The translations under genes were made by a program, and so were the position numbers. From NCBI RefSeq assembly GCF_009914755.1, contig NC_060928.1: DNA of 64,000 nucleotides. One strand, written 5' to 3'. The notes beneath the pieces are model-generated. The model was not told the DNA's origin. It did not search any database and saw nothing but the letters and a program-made list of their open reading frames with translations. The DNA comes from the human T2T-CHM13v2.0 reference genome, Homo sapiens. Positions 36,801 through 52,664 of this stretch are shown one piece after another; within the stretch, counting starts at the first letter, position 1; each line of letters starts with the position of its first letter.

Positions 36801-38286
36801 TCTCTGTAGGATGACAAAAAAATGTTAATAGTCCTTTCACATCTTCCTTTGCAAAAGAATTTCCCGCCCACAAAACCTGTATATATTTAAATGTTTCACC
36901 TTGTTTATGGCATTACAGATGCTGCAGCAAAAGTAATGTTTCTCTTATTGCTTAGAAAACATAATGCCAGAAAGTAATTACACAGAGCTATAGTTTATAG
37001 AGGTACAGGTATCAAAACATATGGTCAGGGAAATGCTACAGAATTTCAGTATTAAACTAACCCCAGCAGAGCATGGTATTTTGATAGACATACTTAGAAA
37101 AGAGAACAGCTAAAACAAGTTAAATCTTTTGCTTTTAGCTAATCTATTTAAACCACAATGTGATGATGGTAAAGTGTCAAAATAAAATCTTCAACATCTT
37201 CATAAAATCAACAAAAGGATACCAATGCAGAGAACCAAGACCCTTTTAAATTCGTAATGATATAGTGATTGCTATGAGTTTTAACATCACCAACTATTAA
37301 CTCTGAGAGTACTAAACTATGTGCTACAAATATTCTGCATGTTGAGTTTCAGTCTCTCCCTGTGCTGGGTGACATTTCAGGCCACATTATGGGGAGGGAA
37401 GTTGTAATGGGCTCTAGAGAACTTGGAACAGTACCAAACACCAGGAAGCTATCTGAGATTTGGGAAGCAAACAGACATGTACGGCACATAAAATTTAAAA
37501 ACTTAAAAGTAATTGTGAATGAAAACAAAAAAAAAATCTATCTTGGAAGAACAATAAAGGTTTTCCTACACATCTATACACAAAGATATGAACATAAAGA
37601 TGCTTATTGCAACATCATTTCTAACTGCAATGAATTGGAAACAACCTAAAGGACTGGTTAAATAAATTATAATAAGGTTACACTGGAAAATTTTATGCAG
37701 TAGTTAAAAAAATAATGAAGTGGAAACTGACATGGTAATACTTTCTAAATAAGTTAAAAAAGTCAAATTGACAGAAACACATATATATGTATACAGATAT
37801 ACAAACATACATATAAGCACACATACTACACATACACACACATATATATATCCCCATTTGTTCTAAATATTATTTAAATATATGCTATATATATGCATAG
37901 AAAGCAGACTAGGATAGACACTGAACCACCACTCTTAAGTCACCTATGGGATAAAGGCAGATACCACATGTTTCTGTACTATTAAAACATGTTTTCACGT
38001 GTTAGTTGTAGAACTCTTAAGTGCCAAAAAAGAGAAAAATTTGCAGAGAAATACAAGATGCTTCTAGTAAAAGGAGACATGGGAGCAGGTCTATAAGTAC
38101 AGGTAAAATCTGAAGTGTTTAATCAATTTTTTCTGAACATTCTTGACTATTTCCTCAATTTTTCTCTTTAAAAAGAATTCACTCAATTTTATACTCATGT
38201 CCTATAAAAACATCTTTATCATTGCCATAGGATTCAAAAAGGTCTCCTGATGCCATTTAAAAAAAAATTATGAAACTATGCAGAGT

Positions 38287-38452
38287 TTTTTTTTTTTCTT
38301 TCTTTTTTAAGAGACAGGGTCTCACTCTGTCATGCAGGCTGGGATACAGTGGTGTGATCATAGTTCACCAAACTCCTGGGATCAAGCAATCCTCCCACCG
38401 TAGCCTCCCAAGCAGCTAGGACTACAGGCATGAGTCATCATGCCCAGCTAAT
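38287..38452 (-). mobile_element. Alu monomer (FRAM/AluJ right arm)
   Basis: Single arm. Confidence 0.8.
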
Positions 38453-38664
38453 TCCCAGGAGTTTAAAAAAGTATAGATAATATTGCAAATCCTATCTCTT
38501 AGCTTAAGAAATAAAACAGTCAAGATACACTTGAAGCTCCCTGTGGATCCTTTCCTGGCCCATTCATTTGATAATCAATACCCTAATTTCACTATTTATG
38601 ACTTCCGCACATCTTTTTATACTTTTAGTACCTATACGTAGTCATAAAAATATACAACAAACAA

Positions 38665-38825
38665 TGTATTATTTGTGTTTTGCCATGTGGTCCCTGTTGG
38701 TACAACTCTCCTGTTGTAATGTGAAAGCAGCCCAAGATGATATGCAAATGGACATGGCTGAGTTCCTGTAATATTTTAATTAAAAAATGGTGGCAGGCCA
38801 GATTTGACCCATTTGCTGACTTCTG
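38665..38825 (+). mobile_element. MER58A-like hAT fragment
   Basis: tgtgaaagcagcc...ggtggcaggccagatttgaccc. Confidence 0.6.
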
Positions 38826-38944
38826 CTTTATATAAATGGCATTATACTGTAACTATCCTTCTACAGCTTGCTTTTGTCATCCAAAATTATGTTTCTGAGA
38901 TGTATCCATGTTCTCACATACTACATATCCTTAATTCAAACAGG

Positions 38945-39350
38945 GCTACTCTGAACTGACAAAGATTCTGAAACTTTTCCTAGTCCCATCTGTGTACTTC
39001 CTTGTAAAATCCAGTTTTGGCAGTAAGTCAGTTTAGCAAGAATCCTCATCTTCAATATCAGATTACTCTTAACATCTGATCAGGTTCAATCCCCTGCCAT
39101 CCTCTTGGTGATGTCTGATCACCCTGGTCTGACTTCAGCAAGAATCCTATTAGGTCAACTTAGCTATAATCCCCTTTATCCCCGATGTCTCCTCTCAGTA
39201 ATTTTCTATCCACTGACCCCCACGCCCTGCTCTTTTACTATAAATTCCCACTTGCCCATGAGTTGAGCCCGACCTAACTCCCCGACTGCAAAATCCCATT
39301 GCAGTTGTCCCTATACCTATCTTGATAGTCCTGAATAAAGTCTTCCTTAC
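38945..39350 (+). mobile_element. MER31-like ERV1 LTR
   Basis: aagtcagtttagcaagaatcc, tctgatcaccctgg, tataaattcccacttg, aataaagtcttcctt. Confidence 0.65.
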
Positions 39351-39399
39351 AGTTGTACCAAATTACATACTCTCATATGTACTTGGTATTTTCAGTCTT

Positions 39400-40180
39400 T
39401 GAGAGTTCTGTGCCAATTCCATGGAAGTGAAATGGTATCTCATTACCATGTTAGTGCACATCTTAATCCTAGCAAGGTGAAGAATCTTTTCATATATTAA
39501 CTGGTTACTTAGGTTTCATCTTTTATGTGTTCCCTACCTGTATTTACTTGTCTTTTTCTTCCGTATGCGTAGTTTTTCTTTATCCTGGATACTAACCTTT
39601 GTCACCTACGTGCACTGCACAGTCATGACTTCCCTTTTCACATGCTTCCGATGTATTCATGTACATAAATCTTAAATTTTCACATAGTCAGATTTATCAG
39701 TCTTTTTCTTCATGGTTTGTATTTGTTGACCCTTAAGAACTCACTACCTCATAAAGATATTCTTATATATTTCTTTGAAATGTTTCCATTTTACTTCATT
39801 TCTTTAGATTTTTATCTCATGTCATAAGATAAATCAAATTCCGTGTAGATTAAAAATATGGATAATCAGTTATTCAAGCACCATCTGTTGACATACCAGC
39901 TTTCCCTCATTGATCCGTAATGCTGCCTCTATCATACCACATGACACAGAACTCTATGCATTCATCTATGTCTGTGGGCTCTTTAGTCTGCTTCAACAAC
40001 CTATTTCTAGGTTTGCTGACAAAAGACTGTCTTAATTACTTAAAAGAGTTCACCTCTCCTCTTTGATCTTCAAAGTTGCCTTGGTTAGTCTTGCTCTTCC
40101 TTATACATCTAAGAATCACTTTGCTGAATTTCCATTTTCTTACTTCTATGATTTTTAATGAAATTTCATTTAATTTTATG
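39400..40180 (-). mobile_element. Old L1M fragments
   Basis: gtgaaatggtatctcatt, tatcctggatactaacctttgtc, caagcaccatctgttga. Confidence 0.55.
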
Positions 40181-42129
40181 AATGGATATCAAAGGGGATT
40201 ATGACAGGTCACTATAAGAAGACTTTAGGGAGGCCAAGATTCAAATGACAATTTTTGAGAAATAGATTTAAGGTTCTTTGTTTTGCCGCCTTCTTTTTTT
40301 GCTGCTGTAAAATATTTCCTTGTAGTAGATAAAACATTTGAGATGAATTAGCTGGTAGTTCAGACCCCTAAGTCATCAAGATCTATTATTTAGAGCTGGT
40401 GGGATGGTAAAAAGAGCTCTTAATTTTCTATTGGTGGCACTGACTGCCATAGGGCTTAACATTCTTTATTATCTTTAGCTCCTACTTCCCTCTAATTCGT
40501 TTCCCAAACTGCCACTCCATGGTACTTTTTCCTAGATGTTATTAATAGCTATGTCTGGGAAAAGAAGTTATAAATTCAAATAAATTTTTAAACGAGTGTG
40601 TAGTATAGCTCTCACTTGGAGTTTTATAATGTACTTGAGTGTATCAAAGACTCTGAGGAGCATCACAGTAAAGAAATATGGCTAATTTTGTTTAACTCAC
40701 CATTTCATAAACTTTTCTGCATATTAACACTTATTTCTTGACATACTGATTAATAATCTACAGAAGAGAGTTCTGTGGGACATCAATTTGGGAAATGGTG
40801 TGTTTAAACTAGTAAGGTTGAGACAAGAACAACGCAGATATTTCTCACATGTGTATCAATCAATCGGCAGCAAGCAAATCAACATCAAAACAAAGTAATC
40901 AAAAACCACCCAGGATGCCTTTTGCTTGGGGTCTTAGTGTTGGCCTACATATGATAAAACTTTTCCTTTAACTTGACAAGAATTATGTTTTCCTTCTTAG
41001 TTTAGCACTGAGGTGAAAGAACAGGCAGACGTCCCAGATTTATTCACCTCTTACTATGAAAGCTATAGGAGTGCTTGGCCTCTAAAAACACAAACAAGAG
41101 AAATGCATTTCTGTTATCCCTGTTGGGCTTGGAGCCCATCATTCTTGTTGCCAAGTGGCCTGAGGAGAACCGAAAAACATACCAAAATTAAATGACTTTT
41201 TGTTTATATTTTCTTCTTTCTGCTCTGTTGATGCAGCAGGTATTAATCTGCTTGATGCACTGCTGGCCTGGCGGGGTAGCCCTGCTCAGCTGAGGATGGC
41301 AGGAGAACAGGTCACCGCCAATGTCAGCAGATACCCTGGACAGAAAACGATGTCCTTTCCTGAAAAAACATTTCTCCTTTCTTATAGGGCATCACTCCTT
41401 GCTGTTGTAACACACAGATCCAATAATAGTCGTGGGCGAGCTTTTGAGAGTCAGGTTCTTCCCGATTTGTAAGGTAAAAATACTGATATTTCCCTTTCTC
41501 TCCTCAAAATACCTTTGGCATTTATTTATTCAACAATTATTTATTGTTTATTGTGGGCCAGGCAATCTACTAAGTGTCAGGGTTACCAAGACCAATAGCA
41601 CAGTCCTAAAGAACTTGACAGTATAAATAAGAGATTAAAAATACTGAGAATACTTTCCGAATACCCTCAAAGGTACCACAGCATTGCCTAAAATATAACT
41701 GTAAAGACTGGGAACTTCACTTTAGGGTCAATAGATTCTCAGAGATTGGGAGTGTAAGTCCACAACAATGGACCCTCCTTCAACCTGGAGACTTTTTCTT
41801 ATTTTCTATTGTATTCTGAGCCAGAACAGAGACTCACAAGAGATATTTATTGGCTATTAGTGAGCAAGGAGCTGGAGCCATCTAGAATAATGACTTAGCC
41901 ATGCATGAATCTTCTCTATTTTTATTTCCAGCGCTAGCTTATTTAGCTTTTCTTTGACAGCATTACTTCACAGAGTAGCCCATTCCATTTTTGACCAGCT
42001 CTGTCAGGAAATTCTTCCTCATTTTGTGCAGAAATATATCCCCCTCCAAGTTCCACCCACAGAGGTGCATTCTGTCCTCCCTCTGGGACTCCCAGGAACA
42101 CACACAACAGTTCTCTCCACTGTGTCCTT

Positions 42130-43445
<1,316 letters not shown>

Positions 43446-43662
43446 GCATTTATTAGGAAGAATTCTGCTAGTTTCCTCCACGTATCAGCCTCTGGGTGTT
43501 TGAAGCCAGTTATCGTTTCCATCCCATGCACTTCCCCAAACTTTCACATCTGGGCTAAGTTCTCCCAGTTCCTCACACCAGTCTTCCTATGGTTTAGCTT
43601 TGACTTTTATCTTACTCTTTTTTTTCATCTTCCCTGTCCCAACTCAGCTGCTATATTCTAGA

Positions 43663-43820
43663 CCAGTGGTCCCCAACCTGACTACGCATCAGAATCACTG
43701 GGGGACTTGTTTAATATACAGATTTTGAGGATTCATTTGAGACTTATTAAATAGAATCTCTGGGGTTGGGCATGGGATTCTGTTTTGTTTTGTTTTTTAA
43801 GGTCTCCATGTGGTATCTAT
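43663..43820 (+). mobile_element. MER5A-like hAT fragment
   Basis: cagtggtccccaacctgactacgcatcagaatcactggggg...agaatctctggggttggg. Confidence 0.65.
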
Positions 43821-43899
43821 ACAGTCACTCCACTGCATACTTCAGTTTTTCAAGGTCTTGTGGACCCCAAATTGAACAGAATATCAAAAGTATGATCTA

Positions 43900-44240
<341 letters not shown>

Positions 44241-44579
44241 TCAGTGTAATCAAATCGGTGCAGACTTTTTTGGGGGAAGGTAGATGTAATGACATAAGAT
44301 TTTTGATTCATGGTAAATTTATGAAGAACTAAATCCTTCAGACTTTTTCAAAAATATTGCTAAGTCACATCTCCCTTATCTTTTTATGTTCCACTGGTGT
44401 TTCATTCTAAGGGTTTCCATTTGTGCCTATTAAAATTCATATTGCTCAGTTCAGTCCAATCTTCAGAATGTCAAAGGTCTTGGGGATCCTGGTTTTACCA
44501 TCCTAAGTATTTTTGACTCTTCCAACTTTATGTCACTCACAGTTAAGCATGCTGTCAAAGTCCTTTCTCTTACATTGCC

Positions 44580-44718
44580 TTATTTTTATTTTTAACAGAG
44601 ATGAGACAGTGTTTTGCTATGTTGCCTAGGCTAGTCTTGAACTCCTGGGCTCAAGCGATCCTCCTGCCTCAGCCTCCCAAGTAGCTGCGATTACAGGTGT
44701 GAACCACCATGCCTGGCT
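44580..44718 (-). mobile_element. Alu monomer (FLAM-like)
   Basis: Single left arm. Confidence 0.8.
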
Positions 44719-45918
44719 GCTATTTTTCTTTAAGTATCTAATATAAAAGAATCTTACGAACTGTTTAATGATTATGGTGGTAGATACATAATTGTACATG
44801 CCTATCAAAACTAGTAAGATTATACACAAAAAAGAATGAATTTTAACATATGTAAATTGTACCTGGAAAAAAAATCAGTCAATATTCTAAATACCCAGCT
44901 ATATTCTTCTCTCAGATTAGGTCTCACTAACTTATTTTGATTGACAATTTCTGCAAAACGCATTGCTATTCTAAGCAATGAAATTTTTATAGATCTTATA
45001 TTTTTATTGATTGAGGTCAATGCACTCTAGGGTTTGATCTCTTGAAAAAGCACCAGGATTTGGCTTACCAGAGCAGTCAATCCAATGAGTACATTACTTT
45101 AACAATTCCCACAAAATAAAACATCAAAAAAGGTGGTAGAATGTGGAATAAAAAGAAATTAATATTAGAAAAATTATAATCTTTCATAGTACTGGGTTAC
45201 AAATATTAAATATAGCCTGTCAGTCCTGCCTATGAGAAGTCAGACAATTTTTCACCTATAAGTTTGACAAGGATTTTTTAATGTACTCTTCAGTGTTGGA
45301 GAATTCTAGTGAAATACACTCAGTGTGGTTGAGAGCTTAAGTGATACAACCTTCCTGGCCACTTGAAATACCTAACAAAAACATAAAATAATCCATTTGA
45401 ATATATACATACATATATAATCTAAAAGTCTAGAAAGAAATGTACCAAAATTTTAGCAATAGCCAGCCATCTCTGGCTGATGGAAGGCAGTCTGGGTTTT
45501 GTTTTGTTCTGCTTTTTTCATGCTTTGTATTTTTAAAATATCTTTTAAATTTCTACAGTGAGCCTATATTAGTTTTATGATTAGGAAAACAGCAGTACAC
45601 ACTTACAAAAATACTGGTTAAAGGGAGGGGAGGAAAATAAGTCACAAAAACTAATAAATGAGAGTAAAATAATTTTTACGAAAATATATCTGTCACTGAT
45701 GGGAATTCCTAAAATAAAACATGTTTTCCAGGTAGTCAATAGTTTTATGTGAAATTTTAATTCAGAGAATGAATAAGATTTCCCTTATGAAGCTTCTCTG
45801 AATGCTACAGAAGATTCCAATAGACAGTAACTCTAAAGAGGACACTTACATTGCTTCCAAACAATACTTTTCAAATAAGAAGCTTTATACAGAATTATTA
45901 GATACTGTAAATTCATAC

Positions 45919-45958
45919 CTTGAAGAACGATGTTCTGGTTTATTTCGTTCGTTGCGAT
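45919..45958 (-). CDS. SH3D19: SH3D19 coding micro-exon (40 nt), encodes (D)RNERNKPEHRSS(S)
   Basis: Minus strand ctttctctacag|ATCGCAACG...TCTTCAAG|gtatga with canonical AG/GT; enters in phase 1, leaves in phase 2; joins in frame to 7296-7336; peptide matches my recollection of the SH3D19 long-isoform N-terminus. Confidence 0.93.
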
Positions 45959-46514
45959 CTGTAGAGAAAGAAGATGGTTACGTGTCAAAAGGTTCTTTAA
46001 AAGCTCTGGAAAGAAGTTTTTAAATACCAGCTGCCATACCATTAGATTTCACAAAGGACTGTTCAAAGGTAGTTGTGTCTTCCTAAGTATAAGGCTCTTC
46101 ATCACAGTTCGCCTGACAGAGGCAGAAAAGACACAATGAAGGACAGGCATAAAAGCTTACGGTTTGTTAAAATCATCTACTTGGAAAATGCATCATTACA
46201 TGCATTATTTCATTTTATAAGATCTTTCCTGTGCTAAATACTTTGCTAACACTAGAAGAGATTTAGCTAAGGAAAGAAAGCAAGGAAACTGCAAAGCCAC
46301 AGATTACTCAGCTCAAAAAAATCATTCCATGAATCATGGTTGGCAGAAGCTTCTAACAGAATGGGGAGGGGGAAAAATGAGCAGTCAGCTACAACATCTG
46401 CAAATACTAAGACCAATACAGCTTCACCCTTAACTATCTACCACCCAGAACATTTCAGAAGTTGGATTTCAATGTTTCTCCAGTAATTAGATATAATGTG
46501 CTCTCTATATAAAA

Positions 46515-46663
46515 TTTTTGATCGTCACAACTGGGAAGAAGGGAACTCTCATGGGTAGAAAGCAGGAATGTTGCTAAAGATCCTACAATGCATAGAGCGG
46601 TCCCTTTCACCAAAAGAATTATCTCATCCAAAATGTCAGCAGTGCAGAGGTCGAGAAACCCTG
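46515..46663 (-). mobile_element. MER20-like hAT fragment
   Basis: gtcacaactggg...gctaaagatcctacaatgcatag...aagaattatctcatccaaaatgtcagcagtgcagaggtcgagaaaccctg. Confidence 0.7.
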
Positions 46664-47631
46664 CTATAGGGTAAGAAATAAGAGCACAGATGCTTGAACT
46701 TTTCAAAAGTGACTCTCTAGACTGCTGTAACATGCTATTAATCAACCTTGAGACTATCATATACAAGAGAACCATAAAACCCACAGGTTGTCTTTTTTGA
46801 ACCTGAGTAACAATTTTTCCTCCACTATATGCTTAAGAATTAAAAATAAATGAAGTAAAAGGCCGCAGTGTTATGCAAAAATAAACAATATGAAGCAATA
46901 TACAAACCACAATATATCCTAAGCAATGACGTTAAGAAAAAATCCTATGGAATATTATCAAAATACAGTTTTCTATAGTATCTTCTGAATTAATGCTAAC
47001 AAGATAGAATTTAATGGCAACGTAAAGATTAAGACAGGAATGCTTTTAGTTTTTCCTTAATTTTATTGCTGTTAGAACAGAATAAGAGGATTATGAAACA
47101 TACTCTAAAACTTCTAGAAAGAAATATGGAAGAAAAGGAATAGGATTTACACAGTTAAACGTATGTAACAATTCTTTCTGAATGAGTTCATAATAAAAAA
47201 GAAATGTTTTTCAAAGCCAAAGAGTTAGTACTCATGAAAACACTGTTCTCTGAAAGACTAATAAGTAAAAAGATTCACAATAAAGCATGCCTGCTTAGAT
47301 ATAATGATTTCCAAACACATAGTGTTAGCACATTTCTGGTTCCAATTTTTCTACACTGTGACTTAGTATTACTGCAGCTTTTAAAACTTTTCTGTTTTAA
47401 TTTAACTTGGTTTTACCCCTCCCTTAAATGAAAATATCATGTTTTTCATTTGATGAGTATTAAGATTTTAAAGTCATAGTAACGCAGGGCACATTTAAAT
47501 CATTTCTCTCAATCATTCTCCAGTTTTTAGCCTGCTAGCTTCGCTACAAAAATGAAGTATAATGTCTCAAAGTAAAGCCAGAAACTGAATACAGATTAGC
47601 TATCCTCATATAACAAAGCAACAACTCTTAC

Positions 47632-47900
47632 CTGTGGCTAAAGCCGAGCTAAAACTCTGTCCAGAACATCATTTCCTGTGGCTGTGATCCTAGTTACATA
47701 GTTTACTTAGGCATGTAATAGCAAATTTCCCCACTAATCTTCCTAGTGGTACAACACACAAGAGGAAGGGAGAAACAGAGTCACGATGCATGTAAACAAG
47801 ACTCAGTATCCAAGGGCTTCCCTCCAGGGCCTGTTCTGATTGGCAGATGTGCTATGACCAGTCTGCACAGCTGGAATGTGGCCACTCAGGAAGCAAATGG
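47632..47900 (-). promoter_or_regulatory. SH3D19: Probable internal alternative first exon (5' UTR) and promoter of SH3D19; 5' boundary approximate
   Basis: Strong donor CACAG|GTAAGA ending at 47632, 1.7 kb upstream of the 40-nt exon; repeat-free; CCAAT (47839-47843), forkhead TGTAAACA (47791-47798), ETS-like CAGGAA and E-boxes; stop codon in the SH3D19 frame with no later in-frame ATG. Confidence 0.65.
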
Positions 47901-48715
47901 CTCACAGCTCTCCTTCGTTCTTGGTTAAAACAGGAAATTCTACAGTCATTTTTATACTTTCTGCTCTAAGAAAATACAAATGTCTTCTCATAGCACTTTT
48001 CTATTGAACCAGTAATTAAAATTCAACAAAAGACTTGATTATCTGCTGGGGGAAATTTTAAAATTTTCCCCCCAAATTCACTATTAGTGTTATCTGTGTT
48101 ACATTCCTGTGTAAATATAGATACGCAGTACTTATAAAATGTTACTCCTAAGAATTCACATAGTTGATAATTTGAGGGTAAGGGTAAATTATCCATTACT
48201 CACAATATTTCCCATCCCTCACCTCTTGACCATGAAAAACAAATTGAAACACATGTTCTTGGCTTGATCTTTTCCCTCAAAGTATACAAATATTTGGATT
48301 TCACATTTTGCCATAAAGCCATCTTTTAGCTTAAATACATATAAATAATGGGGTGTGTGTTGCGTATCTGTGTGTCTTATATACTTATACTTTTTCATAT
48401 ACTTACATTTTAAAGTAATTTTCATGATAGTCAAGATTATTGTGCAATTGTCAAGAAATATATTAGTAGAAATAAATTTTTTGGCAAAATAATAAGTGGT
48501 TATTATTTTGTTCCAAAAGCCAAGACTGAACAAAACAAATCACTGAGGGTGGATTCAGAATCTGCTTTCTTGCCAACAATAACAAAACATTTGGATGAAA
48601 GCCCAAGAATGAGAACAGATCTATAGCAAACATGGAAATTTAATCTTGGCTATATATAGTGCTTTAAGTGTATGGATTTTATTTTAAATCAAATACTCTT
48701 CAGCACATTCTCTGA

Positions 48716-49104
<389 letters not shown>

Positions 49105-49502
49105 TGAACTTCTGCATATTTAGAAATCATATGAATAACTTTCTAGCCCAAAGTCTCATCATTTCTATGAAAAAAAGAGTTATTAAAAATAAAATGCCTT
49201 AACTCTAAAATTTGCCAAATGCTACACATTTGCTGTGGATGATATACTTATTCCAGGGGCCTGCCCAGCAGAGCATGATGGTTTAGGTCACTCAAAGACC
49301 AGCAGTATATACTCAGTGTGAGGGTAACCATGGCTGGGTAACCATGTAATGGTTTTATAGATATGTATCACACACACACATACACACACACACCCCGCTC
49401 TTCCATTCCCTGTCCCTCTCATCCATGCCTCATGGTTAATAAGGCTAACTGAGGAATAGAAAAGTACTCTGTAAGTAGAACAAAGACAGAAAACAAGGCA
49501 GA

Positions 49503-49950
<448 letters not shown>

Positions 49951-50469
49951 TCAAGGATTCTGTGTAAGAACTCCAGATTATCCACATTTTCCTTTCATGT
50001 CAACTTGGTTCTATGTAATCTAGACATATGATTCCAATGTTTATGTATTTAGGTGTTACGCCACTTACGTAGAAATGGGCCCCTGTTCTGGCACAGACAG
50101 TTTTTGGGTACGGCTACGCAGATCCTACTGATGTGGAACCATTCAGGGTGATTCTGACTCTAATAATACTTTGAAATGGAGATGACAAAAATGCAAATGC
50201 CATCTTTGCTTTGATTAAAACTAAGAAGAATAGCCAACTCAGAACTTATTAGAATCTGTTGTAAGACATTCAGGCTTTGATGATTTAGCTTTGATCACTT
50301 AACAGGAGAGAAAAATCAAACCCCATTGGGTAGGGACTTACTTTACTGACTCAAGTTGGAAATGAAAGACCTGAAATCATTCTTTGAAATTAAGGGCAAG
50401 GCTCAGTCTACATGAATGAATATACACAGATATACTCACAATGGAGTAAGAAGTGGTTTAAAGTGAGTC

Positions 50470-50750
50470 TTTTTTTTTTTTTTTTTAATTGAGACAGAGT
50501 CTCACTCTGTCACCCAGGCTGGAGTGCAATCTCGGCTCACTGCAATCTCTGCCTCCCAGGTTCAAGTGATTCTTCTGCCTCAGCTGGGACTACAGGTGCA
50601 TGCCACCATGCCCGGCTAATTTTTGTATTTTTAGTAGAGATGGGGTTTCACCATATTGGCCAGGCTGGTCTCGAACTCCTGACCTCATGATCCAGCCACC
50701 TCAGCCTCCCAAAGTGCTGGGATTATAGGTGTGAGCCACCATCCCCGGCC
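50470..50750 (-). mobile_element. Alu (AluS-like)
   Basis: Alu dimer with small deletions. Confidence 0.9.
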
Positions 50751-51776
50751 AAAGTGTCCATCTTATATCTCATCTTGGCATACCAAAATCTCTTTAGCAG
50801 ATGCATTACCAATGAAGCGATTCTGTAGCATACTCCCAAGCATTACTGTTAAGTTCCAGCTTGGGAGTATATACGGTATATATTATTTTTAAAATATGGA
50901 TGAACCCTATATAAACCCTTTGTGCCATTCAGAATTACCTAAAGGTTCCTTGGGGCTGAAAACAAATTATTTGCAGCAGCAATGTCATTACATCTTTACT
51001 TATGACAAGCAGAATAAATAAAACAATGAACTCATCCATTATAAGACATAAGATATCCAGTGTTCATACATCTTACTTTGGTGATTCTTTAAAAGATTGC
51101 ATAATTGATTCCAAACAAATAGACCATGGATGGGATTTTACTTATCAGATATCAGAATTTCAAATAACTTTTCTAAAAACCTTAAATGGTTCCTATATTT
51201 AGAGAGAGAAAACTGCAAATATATATATATATTTCAAGTATATACTTCAAGCATATATATACATACACTTGAAAAGAAGGCAGTGCTCATTCTACAAAGT
51301 TACTGACACCAACTAATATGAATCCACCTCTGCTTTCTATTTGACAGCCTTGTTTAGGTGTGTCTCCAAACTGATTTTTATTTACATTTGAGATTCCCAC
51401 AGTGATGGTCTATTGTTCTTTTAAATGATACCTTTTCAATAAATATATATTTGTTGTTGCTGAAATAACACATTAAGTCAGAAAATTCCTACTCTCTTGG
51501 TTAAAAAAGCCAAGAAATTAAAGAGGGTCTCTGTCAGTTACCACTGCAGGGGAGAAATAAGACATACTACAGAGAAGTTTACATGGCTGCTGCTGCCCAT
51601 GCTTCCATGGGTAAGTGGGAAAGTCTGGTCTACAGCACTATCAATAGTGACATCGTTCATTAATTAAAGTGCCTAAATTCATTAAAATTCATTAAAATGC
51701 AGTACTCTAATTACCCAGGAAGGGAAGAATTGGAGATGGAAAGGAAGTTTCTTCAAACAAGAATTTATGTCTTGGC

Positions 51777-52072
<296 letters not shown>

Positions 52073-52664
52073 TCAACAAAGAAGCAGACTATCTCTGGAA
52101 TGTTTTCTCCTTCCCATCCCCACTGTTTTTACCCTCATTTTAGGTTCTTATCAGCAATTGTCTGGACTCTTATGTCCTGACTGGATTTTCTGGCCCCAGT
52201 TTCTTCCCTCTAACCCAATCACATTGCTGGCCAAATAAATCTAGGCCTCAGAAAATTATAAATCACTTAGATCTTCAGAGGATTAAATGAGATAATGCCA
52301 GTGACATTCTTAGCACCCTGTCTGTACACTTAAGCATACCACAAATGTCAGCTGCCGTCATGTTGTTAAAAGGCCAGCTATTAACTAGTTGTAGCAAATG
52401 ATACTGCATCATAGTGACTGTACAAGTCACTTAACCTCCCTAAGCCTCAGTTTTCTCATCTACAAAACAGGGGAAAATACTATCCTTATGGAGTTTTTAT
52501 GAGGATAAATGAATTAAAGGGTATGAAAGGTTTAGTTCAATATCTAGACCATCAATTCTATGACTCTAATTCTGTGACTACCACTCTTAATATCTTTAAT
52601 GCATGGCTCAAGAACCACCTTCTCCATGAAGCTGTCCCTGATTCCTCTCTCTCTTCAGCATCCT

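Noticed and set aside
45802-46139. Three overlapping ORFs around the 40-nt exon
   Set aside because: Wrong strand or frame relative to the spliced SH3D19 frame; only 45919-45958 has splice support
49322-49346. Short direct repeat gggtaaccatg x2 (similar ones near 13480, 15387 and 51677)
   Set aside because: Ordinary slippage micro-duplications
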